Shown here: positions 33,213 to 45,769 of the stretch, piece by piece
Numbering within the stretch: position 1 is the first letter of the stretch
Layout: each line of letters opens with the position of its first letter
Source of the DNA: Octopus bimaculoides
Lineage: Eukaryota
DNA: 50,292 nt
NCBI RefSeq assembly: GCF_001194135.2
Contig: NC_068987.1
Coordinates: 56,962,088-57,012,379, forward strand
Direction: 5' to 3'
Translations under genes and position numbers: made by a program
The notes under the pieces: model-generated
Seen by the model: only the letters and a program-made list of their open reading frames with translations
Databases searched by the model: none
What the model was told of the DNA's origin: nothing

Positions 33213-35566
33213 CCACCGCAACCACCATTCTCTTTTTCTCTCTCTCCATTCACTCTCTCTCTTGGTCATGTTTTCTTTGTAAAAACAGTGACAATATAGA
33301 CTAGAGAAGACTTCAGTCTTATATGGAACAAGTAATAACATCTCTAGTGCTATTGCCATGATAAAATCCACTCGCTAGTTGACAATTGATTGGAGATAAT
33401 GCAAGAAGTTTGCTTCCAAACCATATGGACCTGAGTTCAGCCCCAATATGTGGCACTTTATGGACCAACTGAAGCTTTGTGAGTGGATTTGGCAGATGGA
33501 GACAGAAAGAGGCCTGCAGTGTATATGTGTGTGAGTGAGAGAGAGAGAGAGATAGAAAGAAAGAGAGTGTGTGTGTGTGTGTGTTACTGTCTCCTTGCCT
33601 TGATTAACTTCATAAGATAGCTGTAACTGAATGTCACTGTCATGCAAGTGGTGCCTTTCACATCCCAATCTTCCATGAAGACACACATCTGGTCAAGTGA
33701 GGTTTGGCAACAGAAAGGGCATCCAGCTGTAGAAAATACACCTCAATAAAACTTCATCATACCTATGCAAGCATGGAAGNNNNNNNNNNNNNNNNNNTTG
33801 ATTGGAGATAATGCAAGAAGTTTGCTTCCAAACCATATGGACCTGAGTTCAGCCCCAATATGTGGCACTTTATGGACCAACTGAAGCTTTGTGAGTGGAT
33901 TTGGCAGATGGAGACAGAAAGAGGCCTGCAGTGTATATGTGTGTGAGTGAGAGAGAGAGAGAGATAGAAAGAAAGAGAGTGTGTGTGTGTGTGTGTTACT
34001 GTCTCCTTGCCTTGATTAACTTCATAAGATAGCTGTAACTGAATGTCACTGTCATGCAAGTGGTGCCTTTCACATCCCAATCTTCCATGAAGACACACAT
34101 CTGGTCAAGTGAGGTTTGGCAACAGAAAGGGCATCCAGCTGTAGAAAATACACCTCAATAAAACTTCATCATACCTATGCAAGCATGGAAGAGTGAGTGT
34201 TAAAAGATGGCAATTAAAAATTATAATAGTGCAGACAGCTAAGACAGACAATCCAGACTGAATCCCCCACAGTACTCAGTTCAAGTGCTTTTGTAAAACC
34301 ATTTTGCAATAATGCTCTTTTAAGTGTCATCATTACAAAAACAGGATTTAGGATTTTAAATCTTGATACTTGTTTGAATTGTAGCAATCATAGTCATATG
34401 ACTTTTCTTTTTTTATTATTGTTATTATTTGTGGGTAGTACATTTGATCTGTCTGTGTTTAATCCCTCGATTATTCCCCTTATCAATCTGCCTCTCTTCC
34501 TTCACTTTTTAGCACTTTGCCTCTTTTCTGACATCATTCCTGTTACTTCACCTCTTCTAGCTTGTCTAATGAATTATGCTGACTGTTCTAACCATATTCA
34601 TGTACTCTGCCTACCACACTACAATCACTCTACATTACCACCAATCATCATCATTCTCTTTCCCCTTCTGACTCCTTTTTGACATCTACCACTCTCATCT
34701 ATCATGGATCACCTCTATTGCCATCCTCTCATTCGCTTTTACCATCATCAGCCTTTATTACTATCCCATTACATTGCTCATGCCAGTTTTGTCTGGTCTC
34801 TTTGCTAACCATCAACACAAAGCTATCATTGTCTCTCATCTATTACTTCCTGTGACCACTGTTATTATTCTGCTTACTTATCTCACTCATATTCAAACTC
34901 CTTGTATTCACATGCTTGGTCACCACCACCAACACCGCAACCACCATTCTCTTTTTCTCTCTCCCCATTCACCCGCTCTCATGGTCATGTTTTCTTTGAA
35001 AAAACAGTGACAATATAGACTAGAGAAGACTTCAATCTTATATGGAACAAGTAATACCATCTCTAGTGCTATTGCCATGATAAAATGCACTCGCTAGTTG
35101 ACAAAATGATTGGAGATAATGCAAGAAGTTTGCTTCCAAACCATATGGACCTGAGTTCAGTCTGAAGCTCTGTGAGTGGATTTGGCAGATGGAGACAGAA
35201 AGAGGCCTGCAGTGTATATGTGTGTGAGTGAGAGAGAGAGAGAGAGAGAGATAGAAAGAAAGAGAGTGTGTGTGTGTGTGTTACTGTCTTCTTGCCTTGA
35301 TTAACTTCATAAGATAGCTGTAACTGAATGTCACTGTCATGCAAGTGGTGCCTTTCACATCCCAATCTTCTATGAAGACATACGTCTAGTCAAGTGAGGT
35401 TTGACAACAGGAAGGGCATCCAGCTGTAGAAAATACACCTCAATAAAACTTCATCATACCTATGCAAGCATGGAAAACTGGGAGTTAAAAGATGGCGATT
35501 AAAAATTATAATAGTGTAGACAGCTAAGACAGACAATCCAGACTGAATCTCCCACAGTACTCAGTT
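33213..35566. repeat. Local duplication of about 650 bp (33213-34281 vs 34933-35566) plus a probable artefactual 394-bp copy
   Basis: 33386-33779 and 33798-34191 appear identical and are separated by 18 N. The third copy at 34933-35566 is diverged and carries a deletion of about 27 bp. Confidence 0.85.
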
Positions 35567-36212
35567 TCCTCTTTTTAAGTTCTGAATTTTAATCCCACTG
35601 GTACTGGCTTTGTCTTTCATCCTCCTAGGGACAATAAAAATAAATTCTAGCAACACTGGTAACATACTGGGGGGTTGAACCTGTTCTCCATTTCTTACAA
35701 AAACTGACCTGATGCCTAACGAAATTAAATCAATATTTATTACAAAAGGAAATCTCATAAATGATTCTTGTCAGTGACACACTTCATAAAAACATACTTT
35801 GTAAGTATAATAACAATAATTGTGACAGACTTAAAGTGTTAGCAATCAAATCAACATGTGATAGTAATAATTACAGACAACTCCAAAGGATTTCCGGTTT
35901 TTTAAAGTCTACAATAGTTTCTGTTGCTATTTTAATAGGTCAATAGCTACAATATAGAATTTATATCTTAAAATTCAGGTCATTTGACTATTGACATGCT
36001 TGAAATTAAGTTGGAAATGTGTTTAAAGAGGTGGATAGTTTATGATGATGATGATGATGATGATGAGGATGATGACAACAGAAAAACAATCACTAGTCTG
36101 TGTTTATTTATCTTAAGTCCATGCTGGTATAGGTTGGGTTGAAACAGATACATAGTACTCAGGCCAAGGTCTGTAATAAGTTGATCTATCTTAGTATCTG
36201 TAATAAGTTGAT

Positions 36213-37007
36213 ATCATCATCATCATCATCATCATCATCGTTTAACGTCCGCTTTCCATGCTAGCATGGGTTGGACGATTTGACTGAGGACTGGTGAAAC
36301 CGGATGGCAACACCAGGCTCCAGTCTGATTTGGCAGAGTTTCTACAGCTGGATGCCCTTCCTAACGCCAACCACTCAGAGAGTGTAGTGGGTGCTTTTAC
36401 GTGTCACCCGCACGAAAACGGCCACGCTCGAAATGGTGTCTTTTATGTGCCACCCGCACAAGCCAGTCCAGGGGCACTGGCAACAATCTCGTTCGAATGT
36501 CTTNNNNNNNNNNNNNNNNNNNNNNNNNNNNNNNNNNNNNNNNNNNNNNNNNNNNNNNNNNNNNNNNNNNNNNNNNNNNNNNNNNNNNNNNNNNNNNNNN
36601 NNNNNNNNNNNNNNNNNNNNNNNNNNNNNNNNNNNNNNNNGCTCAAAATGGTGCATCTCATGTGCCACCCGCACAAGAACCAGTCCAGGGGCACTGGCAA
36701 CGATCTTACTTGGCTTGCCGGGTCTTCTCATGCACAGCCCATTTCCAAAGGTCTCGGTCCGTAGTCATCGCCTCGGTGAGGCCCAATGTACGAAGGTCTT
36801 GCCTCACCACCTCAGCCCAGGTCTTCCTGGGCCTACCTCTTCCACGGGTTCCCTCAACTGTTAGGGTGTGGCACTTTTTCACGCAGCTATCCTCCTCCAT
36901 TCTCACCACATGTCCATACCAGCGCAATCGTCTCTCTTGCACGCCACAACTGATGCTTCTAATGTTCAGCTTTTCTCTCAAAGTCCGGTGTTCTTCAACA
37001 TACACAA
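36213..37007 (-). mobile_element. 5'-truncated RTE (BovB-like) LINE: ORF2 C-terminus, 3' UTR and (GAT)n tail
   Basis: ORF 36706-37005 reads ...RRLRWYGHVVRMEEDSCVKKC..VEGTRGRGRPRKTW..VRQDL..DRDLWK. Confidence 0.92.
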
Positions 37008-37272
37008 CCCATGACTTTAATTTCTTTCTTTCATCTTTTCCTTGATGTGTATTTATGTATCATACACTGGCTCTGTTGAAACATGTAGTGCAGTAGAGGT
37101 GTTTTCCTTACATTGTATTACAACAAGGGTTGGCAAGAATTATAGTTAACTATGAAAATGTTAAACATAAGGTTTATTTGTCTCAAAATAGCATTACTAC
37201 ACTATGCTAACTGATACCTGTGCCAATGAAGGAGTCTTCACATGTGGTTGTGCTTAGACCACAATGTCTTAA

Positions 37273-37685
37273 CCCTTTTGTTACCATATTTCTGCCAAAA
37301 CACACAGCCTTTAAGTTTTAGAATAATGAAGAATTTAGAAAATAATTTTCATAATTAAGTTAATGTCTGGATAATAAATTGATATGAAATTTTGATGGAA
37401 GGTTTTAATTAATTTAGATCACTTTAACTCTTTAGCATTCAGATTGGTTTTAATTAATTGTGAATTATCGCATAGTTTTGAGATTGCAATGACATGATTG
37501 TTTATTTTTAGAATGACATTGTAGAGTAGGTGTAAGAGGCTGGACCTGGCCAGTTTGAACAAAAAAAACAAAAAACACATAGAATATTTGGGCTGGATAT
37601 GGCTGGCTTGAATGCTAAAGGTTTAAAATAGAAAATTTCTATTATAGAATTAGGAATGGTCTTCGACAGGTTAGTATCAAAAGGG
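37273..37685. mobile_element. Family-2 TTAA MITE with a family-1 MITE (37428-37621) nested at an internal TTAA
   Basis: Outer ends are CCCTTTTGTTACC and AGTATCAAAAGGG. Inner ends are CTCTTTAGCATTC and GAATGCTAAAGG. Confidence 0.75.
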
Positions 37686-37932
37686 AACAACACATTGCAC
37701 AGTAATGACTGAGATGCATTATATCTAAATATTAATGAAGGCTTGCCTCTGTTTATTTTTGCTTGATCATATGTTGACCTTGCGTTAAACAATAATTGGT
37801 ACATATTTTATGAACCATCAACCCACATTTACTTGAAACAAGATTTTAAAAAGAAATGTAGAAGTAAAATAACAAATAATGAAGACAGAGAGCCTTGTAA
37901 TAATGTGAAAAAGAAAAGTTAATTAACCTTAA

Positions 37933-38148
37933 CACTCAAGCATTCAAATTTCTCTGTCAAATATAATGCTTATTTATTCACATTCGAATTAACCATGCAT
38001 TGTCTCATAGCTTCAAGATTTTATTGATGTAATTGTTTATTTTTAGAATGATATTATAGGGTAGGTGAAAGAGGCTGGATATGGTCAGTTTGAACATAAG
38101 ACAGGCAGAATATTTGTGCCAGATATGGCTGGTTTAAATGCTAATGAG
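37933..38148. mobile_element. Family-1 TTAA MITE
   Basis: TTAA|CACTCAAGCATTC...AAATGCTAATGAG|TTAA. Confidence 0.7.
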
Positions 38149-38237
38149 TTAATATATTTCAGGCACAACGGCCCATCATCCTGCCAAGTTGATTCAAGCA
38201 GGAACTGCACAAACTTGTATTTCCAAGCTATTCACTT

Positions 38238-38268
38238 CTGATGATGGGCCTTTATGCCTGAAATATAT
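38238..38268 (+). ncRNA. Minimal hammerhead-ribozyme-like motif (Penelope type) in the right arm of a 117-bp palindrome
   Basis: CUGAUGA-U-GGGC-cuuuau-GCCU-GAAA-UAUAU. Stem II pairs (3 Watson-Crick plus G-U) and the stem III region AUAUAU is self-complementary. The inverted partner arm is at 38152-38180 (27/29). Confidence 0.6.
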
Positions 38269-38271
38269 AAA

Positions 38272-38485
38272 CCCTTTAGCATTCAGGTTATTCTGTCTAA
38301 TGCTTATTTATTCACACTGTTTTGAATTAATCATTCATTATCTTGCAGCTTTGAGATTCTCAAGATGAGATTGTTTATTTTTAGAATGACATTGTTGGGT
38401 TGGTGTGAGAGGCCACATCTGGGTAGTTTGAACAAAAAAGAAAGACTATTTTGGCTGGGTATGGTCAGTTTAAATGCTAAAAGGG
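38272..38485. mobile_element. Family-1 TTAA MITE
   Basis: CCCTTTAGCATTC...AAATGCTAAAAGGG. Confidence 0.75.
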
Positions 38486-39609
38486 TAAAGGTTGTTTCAC
38501 AATCCCTTTTCATGAAGCTAGCTGTCATCATTATTTGCTATTTTACTTGTGTACCACAACACTTCAAGCAAACCACAACGCTCTTCTTAAAAAAATACAG
38601 TTCAATACTTAATTGACTCAACAAGCTGTGAATACAAAAGTAAATGAATGGTATTCTAATATTATTGATTTGGTTAACTGAAAAAAGTGAGTCTGAATAT
38701 CTGTCCCAGCTGATGTAGCAGTAGACTATAGACCAAAGATCAGTTGTTCATATATTATTATTAGTGCTACTCTGTCTATGTGGCTAAGATGTTAACATCA
38801 CAATAGCACAGATTCCTTAGCTATAAACTGATTGTCAGTCCATGAGATTAGACAATGTGAAAGTCTCCACATAGCTGCTTGACCTCCTAGAAATAACAAT
38901 CAAATTTGCCTCGAACCACTGCCCATACCATAGAGCTTCCTAGATTTTTCACATTGATGACATGTTTTAAAAATGAAATTGTTTTGACACTTGAACTTTT
39001 ATAGCAGTTCTTCTGTGGTAGACCCATTCCATCTCCTATTGGTCCACCTCTACTATTTAGGTCTCAAAGATACCAAGTAGTGAAGTCTACTTTGTTACAA
39101 GCACTTAAGTCAAGTCTCCCTCCCTCCCATCAGTCACAGAGGCCTGGTAAAGTTTCATATGCATTGCTCTTTACTTCAGGTTAAAAGATTAAAAAGAAAA
39201 ATTAAATATGACTCATCACAAGCGCTGGTGAAAAAGAAAAACATCCAGTACACCTTGTAAAGTGGTTGGTAAAGCAGACAATGGAACATGACACAGTCCT
39301 TCAATTTGTCAGACCCTGTCAAACTGACCAACCATGCCAGCATGGAAGATGATGATGATGATGATGTTGATCACTTGTCACTAGTCAAATTTTTGTCTAT
39401 CAAATCAAATTCATTCTCGAGGCTTTGGCTGGCTACAGTAGAAAACAGTAGCCTGGGATACTATGCAGTGGCACTAAACCAGAAACCAGGGATTTGGGTG
39501 GGGGTAGAAAGCAACCATAGCCATGCCTACACCATATATCTTATACAAATGTGATACTGATACATAAAAAAAAACTATCCACCCCNNNNNNNNNNGAAAT
39601 TGCACTGTA

Positions 39610-40010
39610 GGCACAGGAGTGGCTGTGTGGTAAGTAGCTTGCTTATCAACCACATGATTCCGGATTCAGTCCCACTGCATGGCACCTTGGGCAAGTGTCT
39701 TCTACTATAGCCTCGGGCCGACCAAAGCCTTGTGAGTGGATTTGGTAGATGGAAACTGAAGAAGCCCGTTGTATATATGTATATATATGTATGTGTGTGT
39801 ATATGTTTGTGTGTCTGTGTTTGTCCCCCCAGCATCGCTTGACAACCGATGGTGGTGTGTTTGCATCCTCGTAACTTAGCGGTTCGGCAAAAGATGCCGA
39901 TAGAATAAGTACTAGGCTTACAAAGAATAAGTCCCGGGTCGATTTGCTCGACTAAAGGTGGTGCTTCAGCATGGCCACAGTCAAATGACTGAAACAAGTA
40001 AAAGAGTAAA
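39610..40010 (+). mobile_element. SINE family A (tRNA head, central domain, (TA/TG)n, second module)
   Basis: GGCACAGGAGTGGCTGTGTGGTAAG...GGATTCAGTCCC...tail TGACTGAAACAAGTAAAAGA. Confidence 0.9.
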
Positions 40011-40806
40011 GGGAGTATAAAATATATAAATAAAATATATCAGCAAATCTTTTTCTAGGAACTATAATAATTTTATCACATAAGATGAGGGGAGAGGGGT
40101 TCTCATTCATTGTCATTAATTAGATTATCACATATCTGGGCTGCTTCTTCTTCATTTATATGTTAACACTGTTTCTCAAATTCGTTTTCAGTATCTTCTT
40201 AACACAGATGACAGGGGATAGAGATTTTCCAATAGGTGATAGACTTGACCTTTTTGTTACCATATTTCTATTGAAATACACTGCTTTTATTTTAATCTTG
40301 AAAATAATTGGTTGGAAAATATAATATTAAATTTTGATAGAAGGATTTAATTTAGATCTCTTTAATTCCATAATACAAACTTCCTATTTCAACTAATCTA
40401 AATTAAAGGCTTCCATCAAAATTTCACATTAATTTATGTTCCAAACACCATCCAATGGGTTATTAAATTATTCATTATTTTAAAAATTAATTAAAACAAA
40501 GGCAGAATATTTCAGCAGAAATTTAACAACAAAAGGGTTACAACAGGAATTTTTTAATCATAGAACTAAAGGGTTAACCCATCATATGTAACACCATTCA
40601 AAGCTCTTCAAGGCATCAAGAAGGTAACCTCCTTGGTGTTTAGAAGGGTGTCCAGCTCAGAACCCATACAAAAGCAGACACTGGAGATCAGCATTGTTAT
40701 CTGGCTTATTGGATCCTGTCAAACCTTCCAACCCATGCCAGCATGGAAGATAGATGCTAAATGATGATGATGGTGAATCAGAAATTTGAATGGATTTAGT
40801 AAAATA

Positions 40807-42114
40807 CGAGGTGGTATCAAAAGGTTCCTGGTCTACTTATGTTTAATAAAAAAAATAACTTATTTATCAAAGTTTTAATATCATCTCCTTTGAAATAATC
40901 ACCTTGCACAGCAATACATCAGTCCCAGGATTCTTGCCACTTTTGGAATCCAGCCTGGAAGTCATTTTCCATAAGTGAGTTGAGGACCTGCAATTCGCTC
41001 TGGATCTCAACAATGGTGTTAAAATGGCAGCCTTTGAGCTGCATTTCCATTGTGCGGAAGAGATGGAAGTCCGCAGGTGCTAAATCTGGTGAATAGGGTG
41101 AGTGCGGAAGCAGTACCATGTTGTTTTTGGTAAGAAACTCAAGAGTGAGGAGAACTCGGTGAAGAAACCAATTCTTCATACACCCTAGATCTCTTTCTCT
41201 TTCTCTCTTTTACTTGTTTCAGTCATTTGACTGTGGCCATGCTGGAGCACCACCTTTAGTCGAGCAAATCGAACCCAGGATTTATTCTTTGTAAGCCTAG
41301 TACTTATTCTATCGGTCTCTTTTTGCTAAACCGCTAAGTTACGGGGACATAAACACACCACCATCGGTTGTCAAGCAATGCTAGGGGGACAAACACAGAC
41401 ACACAAACATATACACACATACATATATATATATACATATATACGACGGGCTTCTTTCAGTTTCCGTCTACCAAATCCACTCACAAGGCTTTGGTCGGCC
41501 CGAGGCTATAGTAGAAGACACTTGCCCAAGGTGCCACGCAGTGAGACTGAAACTGGAACCATGTGGTTGGGAAGCAAGCTATTTACCACACAGCCACTCC
41601 TGCGCCTATGATCTGGTCACTTTTGCTGAATGTCCTACCTCAGATGCTTCAAAACATTGCAGTAGAACTCTTGATTGATATTCTGGCCCTGGTGGATGAA
41701 TCCTCAATGCACAATACCACATTTCTTTGTGGCAGGTTTTCCAAATCATTCATTGTCTTCCAGGGATGTTCTTCCACTTTTGAAGCACCTGAGCCACTCA
41801 AAACATTGTGTACGACCCATTGCCTTGTCGCCGTAAGCTTGCCAAAGCATGCTCAATGTCTCTGTGGCAGACTTCCTAAATTTAATTCAAAATTTCACAT
41901 TGACTCTTTGTTCCTGTCCATGTCACAATCACAGACTGCAGCACACACATGATCACAAAAACACAAATTTCACAACTTGCACAGTAAACACAGCGATATC
42001 ACTCAACACACTGCCTCATGAAGGTCACTGCTAGCTCTCACTAGACATTAACTGTGTGCTGCCATCTGGTGGCATGCTACAGGACAAGTCTGGGAACTTT
42101 TTGATACTACCTTG
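40807..42114 (-). mobile_element. Internally deleted mariner with both TIRs, interrupted by a SINE
   Basis: TA|CGAGGTGGTATCAAAAGGTTCC matches the reverse complement TA|CAAGGTAGTATCAAAAAGTTCC. The N-terminus reads EQRVNVKF..KSATETLSML..AYGD..FEW..FKSGRTSLED, and the C-terminus PHSPYSPDLAPADFHLF. Confidence 0.9.
41191..41606 (-). mobile_element. SINE family A, well-preserved copy inside the mariner
   Basis: Reverse complement of the 39610-40010 architecture. Confidence 0.9.
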
Positions 42115-42509
42115 TACATGAATAAAATAAAGGTAATCAATAACATGCCAATGTATAGCACACACATTAAGAAATGTTATTTTTTGCAATGGAATGTACA
42201 AAACATCTTACTATTTTGAAAATAGGTCTGTTGCTGTGTCCAGCCTGTTTACACTGTGAGAATTTGACTTATTACAAAATGAGAGGCTAATTATAGAGAT
42301 TAAAACTGTACAACATTTGCACTTTGATAATTGTCACAGCAAAGCTTAATAGAATAATTAAAGTAATTAAATTGTGCAGATATTTCCCTCCTGGTCAGCC
42401 TGGTGGGTTTCACAGCAAATAAATTTTATATCATACAGACATACTTTCAAACGGCTTGAGACCGAAGTATTTGGTCATTTAAACAATTTTGATTAACATT
42501 AGGAACATT

Positions 42510-42746
42510 TATATACCCACACCAGTCAGTGTTTCCTAATTTAGGTTCATCTTCGTTATCATGGTCAGTGGCCAGTAATAATGAATTGGATTCTTCCAAA
42601 TTTAATTTTTCTGTTTCAAATCAATATGGTGCAATGTGTTGGACTTCATCATTGGTATCGTCAAAAGAAGACTCTTCAAAAGACAAATGAAGGCCGATAT
42701 GCACTGAAGAAATGGATGACATGCTCTCATCGCTTGCATTATCCAT
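42510..42746 (-). pseudogene. Possible remnant of a P2X7-ballast-like (Cys/Zn) protein N-terminus
   Basis: caaaATGG start, then MDNASDESMSSISS..FEESSFDDTNDEVQHIAPY*FETEKLNLEESNSLLLATDHDNEDEPKLGNTDWC. It has one in-frame stop, and the frame degrades after WC. Confidence 0.35.
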
Positions 42747-42917
42747 TTTGAAACTGGTGTATTGCAACATCATGCACCAATTTTGCTATTGGTAGCAAAA
42801 CCAGAAGTTGTGATGATTGTTTTGGGGCAGGTACTAGAATTGTTAACTTTGATGATGAATATCTCGCTTGTTAATGTGGGTATGATTGAAATCCTTTTAA
42901 TTGATTGGTTGTCGCCT

Positions 42918-43252
42918 CCCTGGCACTTGTGCCAGTGGCACGTGAAAAGACATTCGAGCGAGATCATTGCCAGTGCCGATGGACTGGCTCCTGTGCAGGT
43001 GGCACGTAAAATACACAATTTCGAGCGTGGCCGTTGCCAATACCGCCTGATTGGCCCTCGTGCCGGTGGCACATAAAACACCCACTACACTCTTGGAGTG
43101 GTTGGTGTTAGGAAGGGCATTCAGCTGTAGAAACTCTGCCAAATCAGATTGGAGCCTGGTGTCGCCTCCTGGTCCACCAGTCCTCAGTCAAATCGTCCAA
43201 CCCATGCTAGCATGGAAAGCAGATGTTAAACGACGATGATGATGATGACGAC
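42918..43252 (+). mobile_element. RTE 3' UTR/tail copy
   Basis: Repeated G.GCCGGTGGCAC units, GGAAGGGCAT.CAGCTGTAGAAACTCTGCC and a (GAT)n tail. Confidence 0.85.
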
Positions 43253-44229
43253 ATATTATGAGTTCCCAAACACTTTAAAATATAAGTATTGGGATTGATT
43301 TATTTGACTAAACACTTCAAACTGGCCACAGTTCAAACACTGAAACAAGTAAAAGATGAAAATATATTTTCTAATTTTAATTCTGACTATTCAAGTAAAT
43401 TCAGAAGAACTTTTTATCTATTTTAAATATAATTTGGCTTCTTTCATTTTCTTTTGGATATTGTCTGTCAACACTTAAATCAAATATACTGCAGACATGT
43501 TGCAACAAACAGCCTTCTGTATAGCATGAGGAAGTTGCTATCCAAGCCCTCAACACATTCTTAAAACATTATTAATTTATGTGAAATAATTTTTTACGTA
43601 ATAGTTTTTTTTGTCTGTCTGGTCACTAACACTTTCCTCAACACGTTTCTTTAACACATAATCATCATCACCATTATCATCACCATTATCATCATCAGTT
43701 TAATGCCTACTTTCTGTTTGCATGTCTCAAACAAGATTACATTGAGGTAGAGTTATCTGTGGCCAGATGCCCTTCACAATGCCAACAGCCACATATTTCC
43801 AAACATGACAAATTTCCTTGTCCACTGAACAGCAAGAAACCCAGACACTGTTACACAGAGAACAAGAAACAATTGACATTGTATGAACAAACTTTTTGTT
43901 TATCAAGATCACACAACATGAAAATGAAGTGCCTTGTAACAAGAATTTGAATGCATTTTCAAACTGGAAAAAGTACATTAATTGAAAAAGCTCTTTCTTA
44001 GCTAGATTTTTATTATTAGGTTGAACATATTTCTATACAAAAACTTTGATGTATTTTAATTTAAATACAGCCAGGCATCATTTGCAAGTGAGCAAGGAAT
44101 GATAAGATGTACTACACTTTCATTGTTTTTGATACCTGTGTAGTCACAGCTCCTAAAAATAGGCATAGGCACCCTCTAGGACTCCTCATCCTTAACCCCA
44201 GCATAACATCCAGGATGTGACAGATGGCA

Positions 44230-44400
44230 GACAAGATAAAGGACTGCCTCAGCACTTGGCTGATACTCATTATAGTTGAGTAGATTGGAATAATGTGAAA
44301 TGAAGTACTTAGCTTAAGGATATAATGCATCACCTACCTGAATTGAACCTATGATCTTACAATCAAGACATGAACACCCTACCCCTTAGGCCACATGCCT
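44230..44400 (-). mobile_element. Degraded tRNA-derived SINE
   Basis: Minus-strand head AGGCATGTGGCCTAAGGGGTAGGG...GGTTCAATTC. Confidence 0.45.
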
Positions 44401-44759
44401 TTGTTATATTCAATTAAACAGATATGATGACTGAAATTAATTGGATGGGTAAATTGCCCAAAAGCCATTATGTTGTCCCAGGAGCAAATTACAAAACTGT
44501 ACCTTCACAGTTTGCCTGACTGAGAAAAGAAAGTTCTACATTTATACCCTTTGTCTTTTAGCCAATACAAGAGAACTTCAGTCAACAAATTTAATTTGTT
44601 CCTGAAAGCTATTCATCACCCAAAATGTTTGTGAACTGAAACTATTTTTCCCATAAAAAATACAGGAGAAAGCACAGTGAATTTGAGCAGGGTTGTGCCA
44701 GGCATGGTCCCAGGAATTTATCAAAGGTAGGGCACAAGGTCAGAAGGGAATACAATTCC

Positions 44760-44954
44760 AGGCCCAAAAATTTTTGGGGAGGGAGCCAGTCGATTAGATT
44801 GACACCAGTATGCAACTGGTACTTAATTTATCGACCCCGAAAGGATGAAAGACAAAGATGACCTCAGTGGAATTCGAACTCAGACCATAAAGACAGACGA
44901 AATACCGCTAAGCATTTTGCCCCGTGTGCTAACGTTTCTGCCAGTTTGCTGCCT
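44760..44954 (-). mobile_element. SINE family B
   Basis: Homologous to 19671-19884. Confidence 0.85.
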
Positions 44955-45723
44955 TATCATTGAAATCTCAAAGCTACAGCATAATGCATGATTAGACAAT
45001 GTGAATAAATATACATTATATTTGATAGAAAAATCTGAATACTAAAGGGTTAAACATCATAACTAGAGGGGTCCACCAGAATAAAATAATCAAAGGGGTA
45101 AAAAATGGTTGAGAACCTCTAGGTTAGGGAATGAAACAAGACTACTATCAGCAATAGGATTACACCAAGTCAGGCTACCTTTCTAATGAGTGGTAGGTTG
45201 AACTCAGAACTTCCATACAAGAAAGTGATAAGCATGAAAACCAACACAAAAGATGTTTCTTTCCAATTCTTATTGGCAGCTCATTTTGTGAACACAGTCT
45301 GAATCAGTCATGAGACCAATCAGCAGGCATGGTACATAGATTGAAATGTGATTCATCAACAAATACAGAGTACAGCTGACTTTTTCTGAATACTACCTAA
45401 ACATACCCTGGGATTGGTTAACCTAATATAATTAGCAGTGTCTCTCTATCCCCCTCCCCCTCTGTGTTTGTCTGTAACCTTGACATAAATATAAAAAGCA
45501 TTATATGCTAGGGTACTTTCATTATGTCTGACTTTCACAGAAATATCAAGATTAAATTAGAAGAACTATGAGTTTCACTATGCATTTCTTGGAAAGTGCA
45601 TGTCTCTAGTTAGTGTACTACTGAGCGGAAATTTATATAAGTTAAATTGGCTAATGTTTAAATGAGATATATATTCTTTTACTTGTTTCAGTCATTTGAC
45701 TGTGGCCATGCTAGGGCACCACC

Positions 45724-45726
<3 letters not shown>

Positions 45727-45767
<41 letters not shown>
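45727..45767. repeat. (AT)n microsatellite between a SINE A tail fragment and a SINE A head
   Basis: Direct reading. Confidence 0.9.

Positions 45768-45769
<2 letters not shown>

Noticed and set aside
36380-36700. Short interspersed direct repeats (GCCACCCGCAC/GGTGGCAC) resembling a CRISPR-like array
   Set aside because: The context is eukaryotic, the spacers are related and irregular, and the units are part of the RTE 3' UTR seen in several copies.
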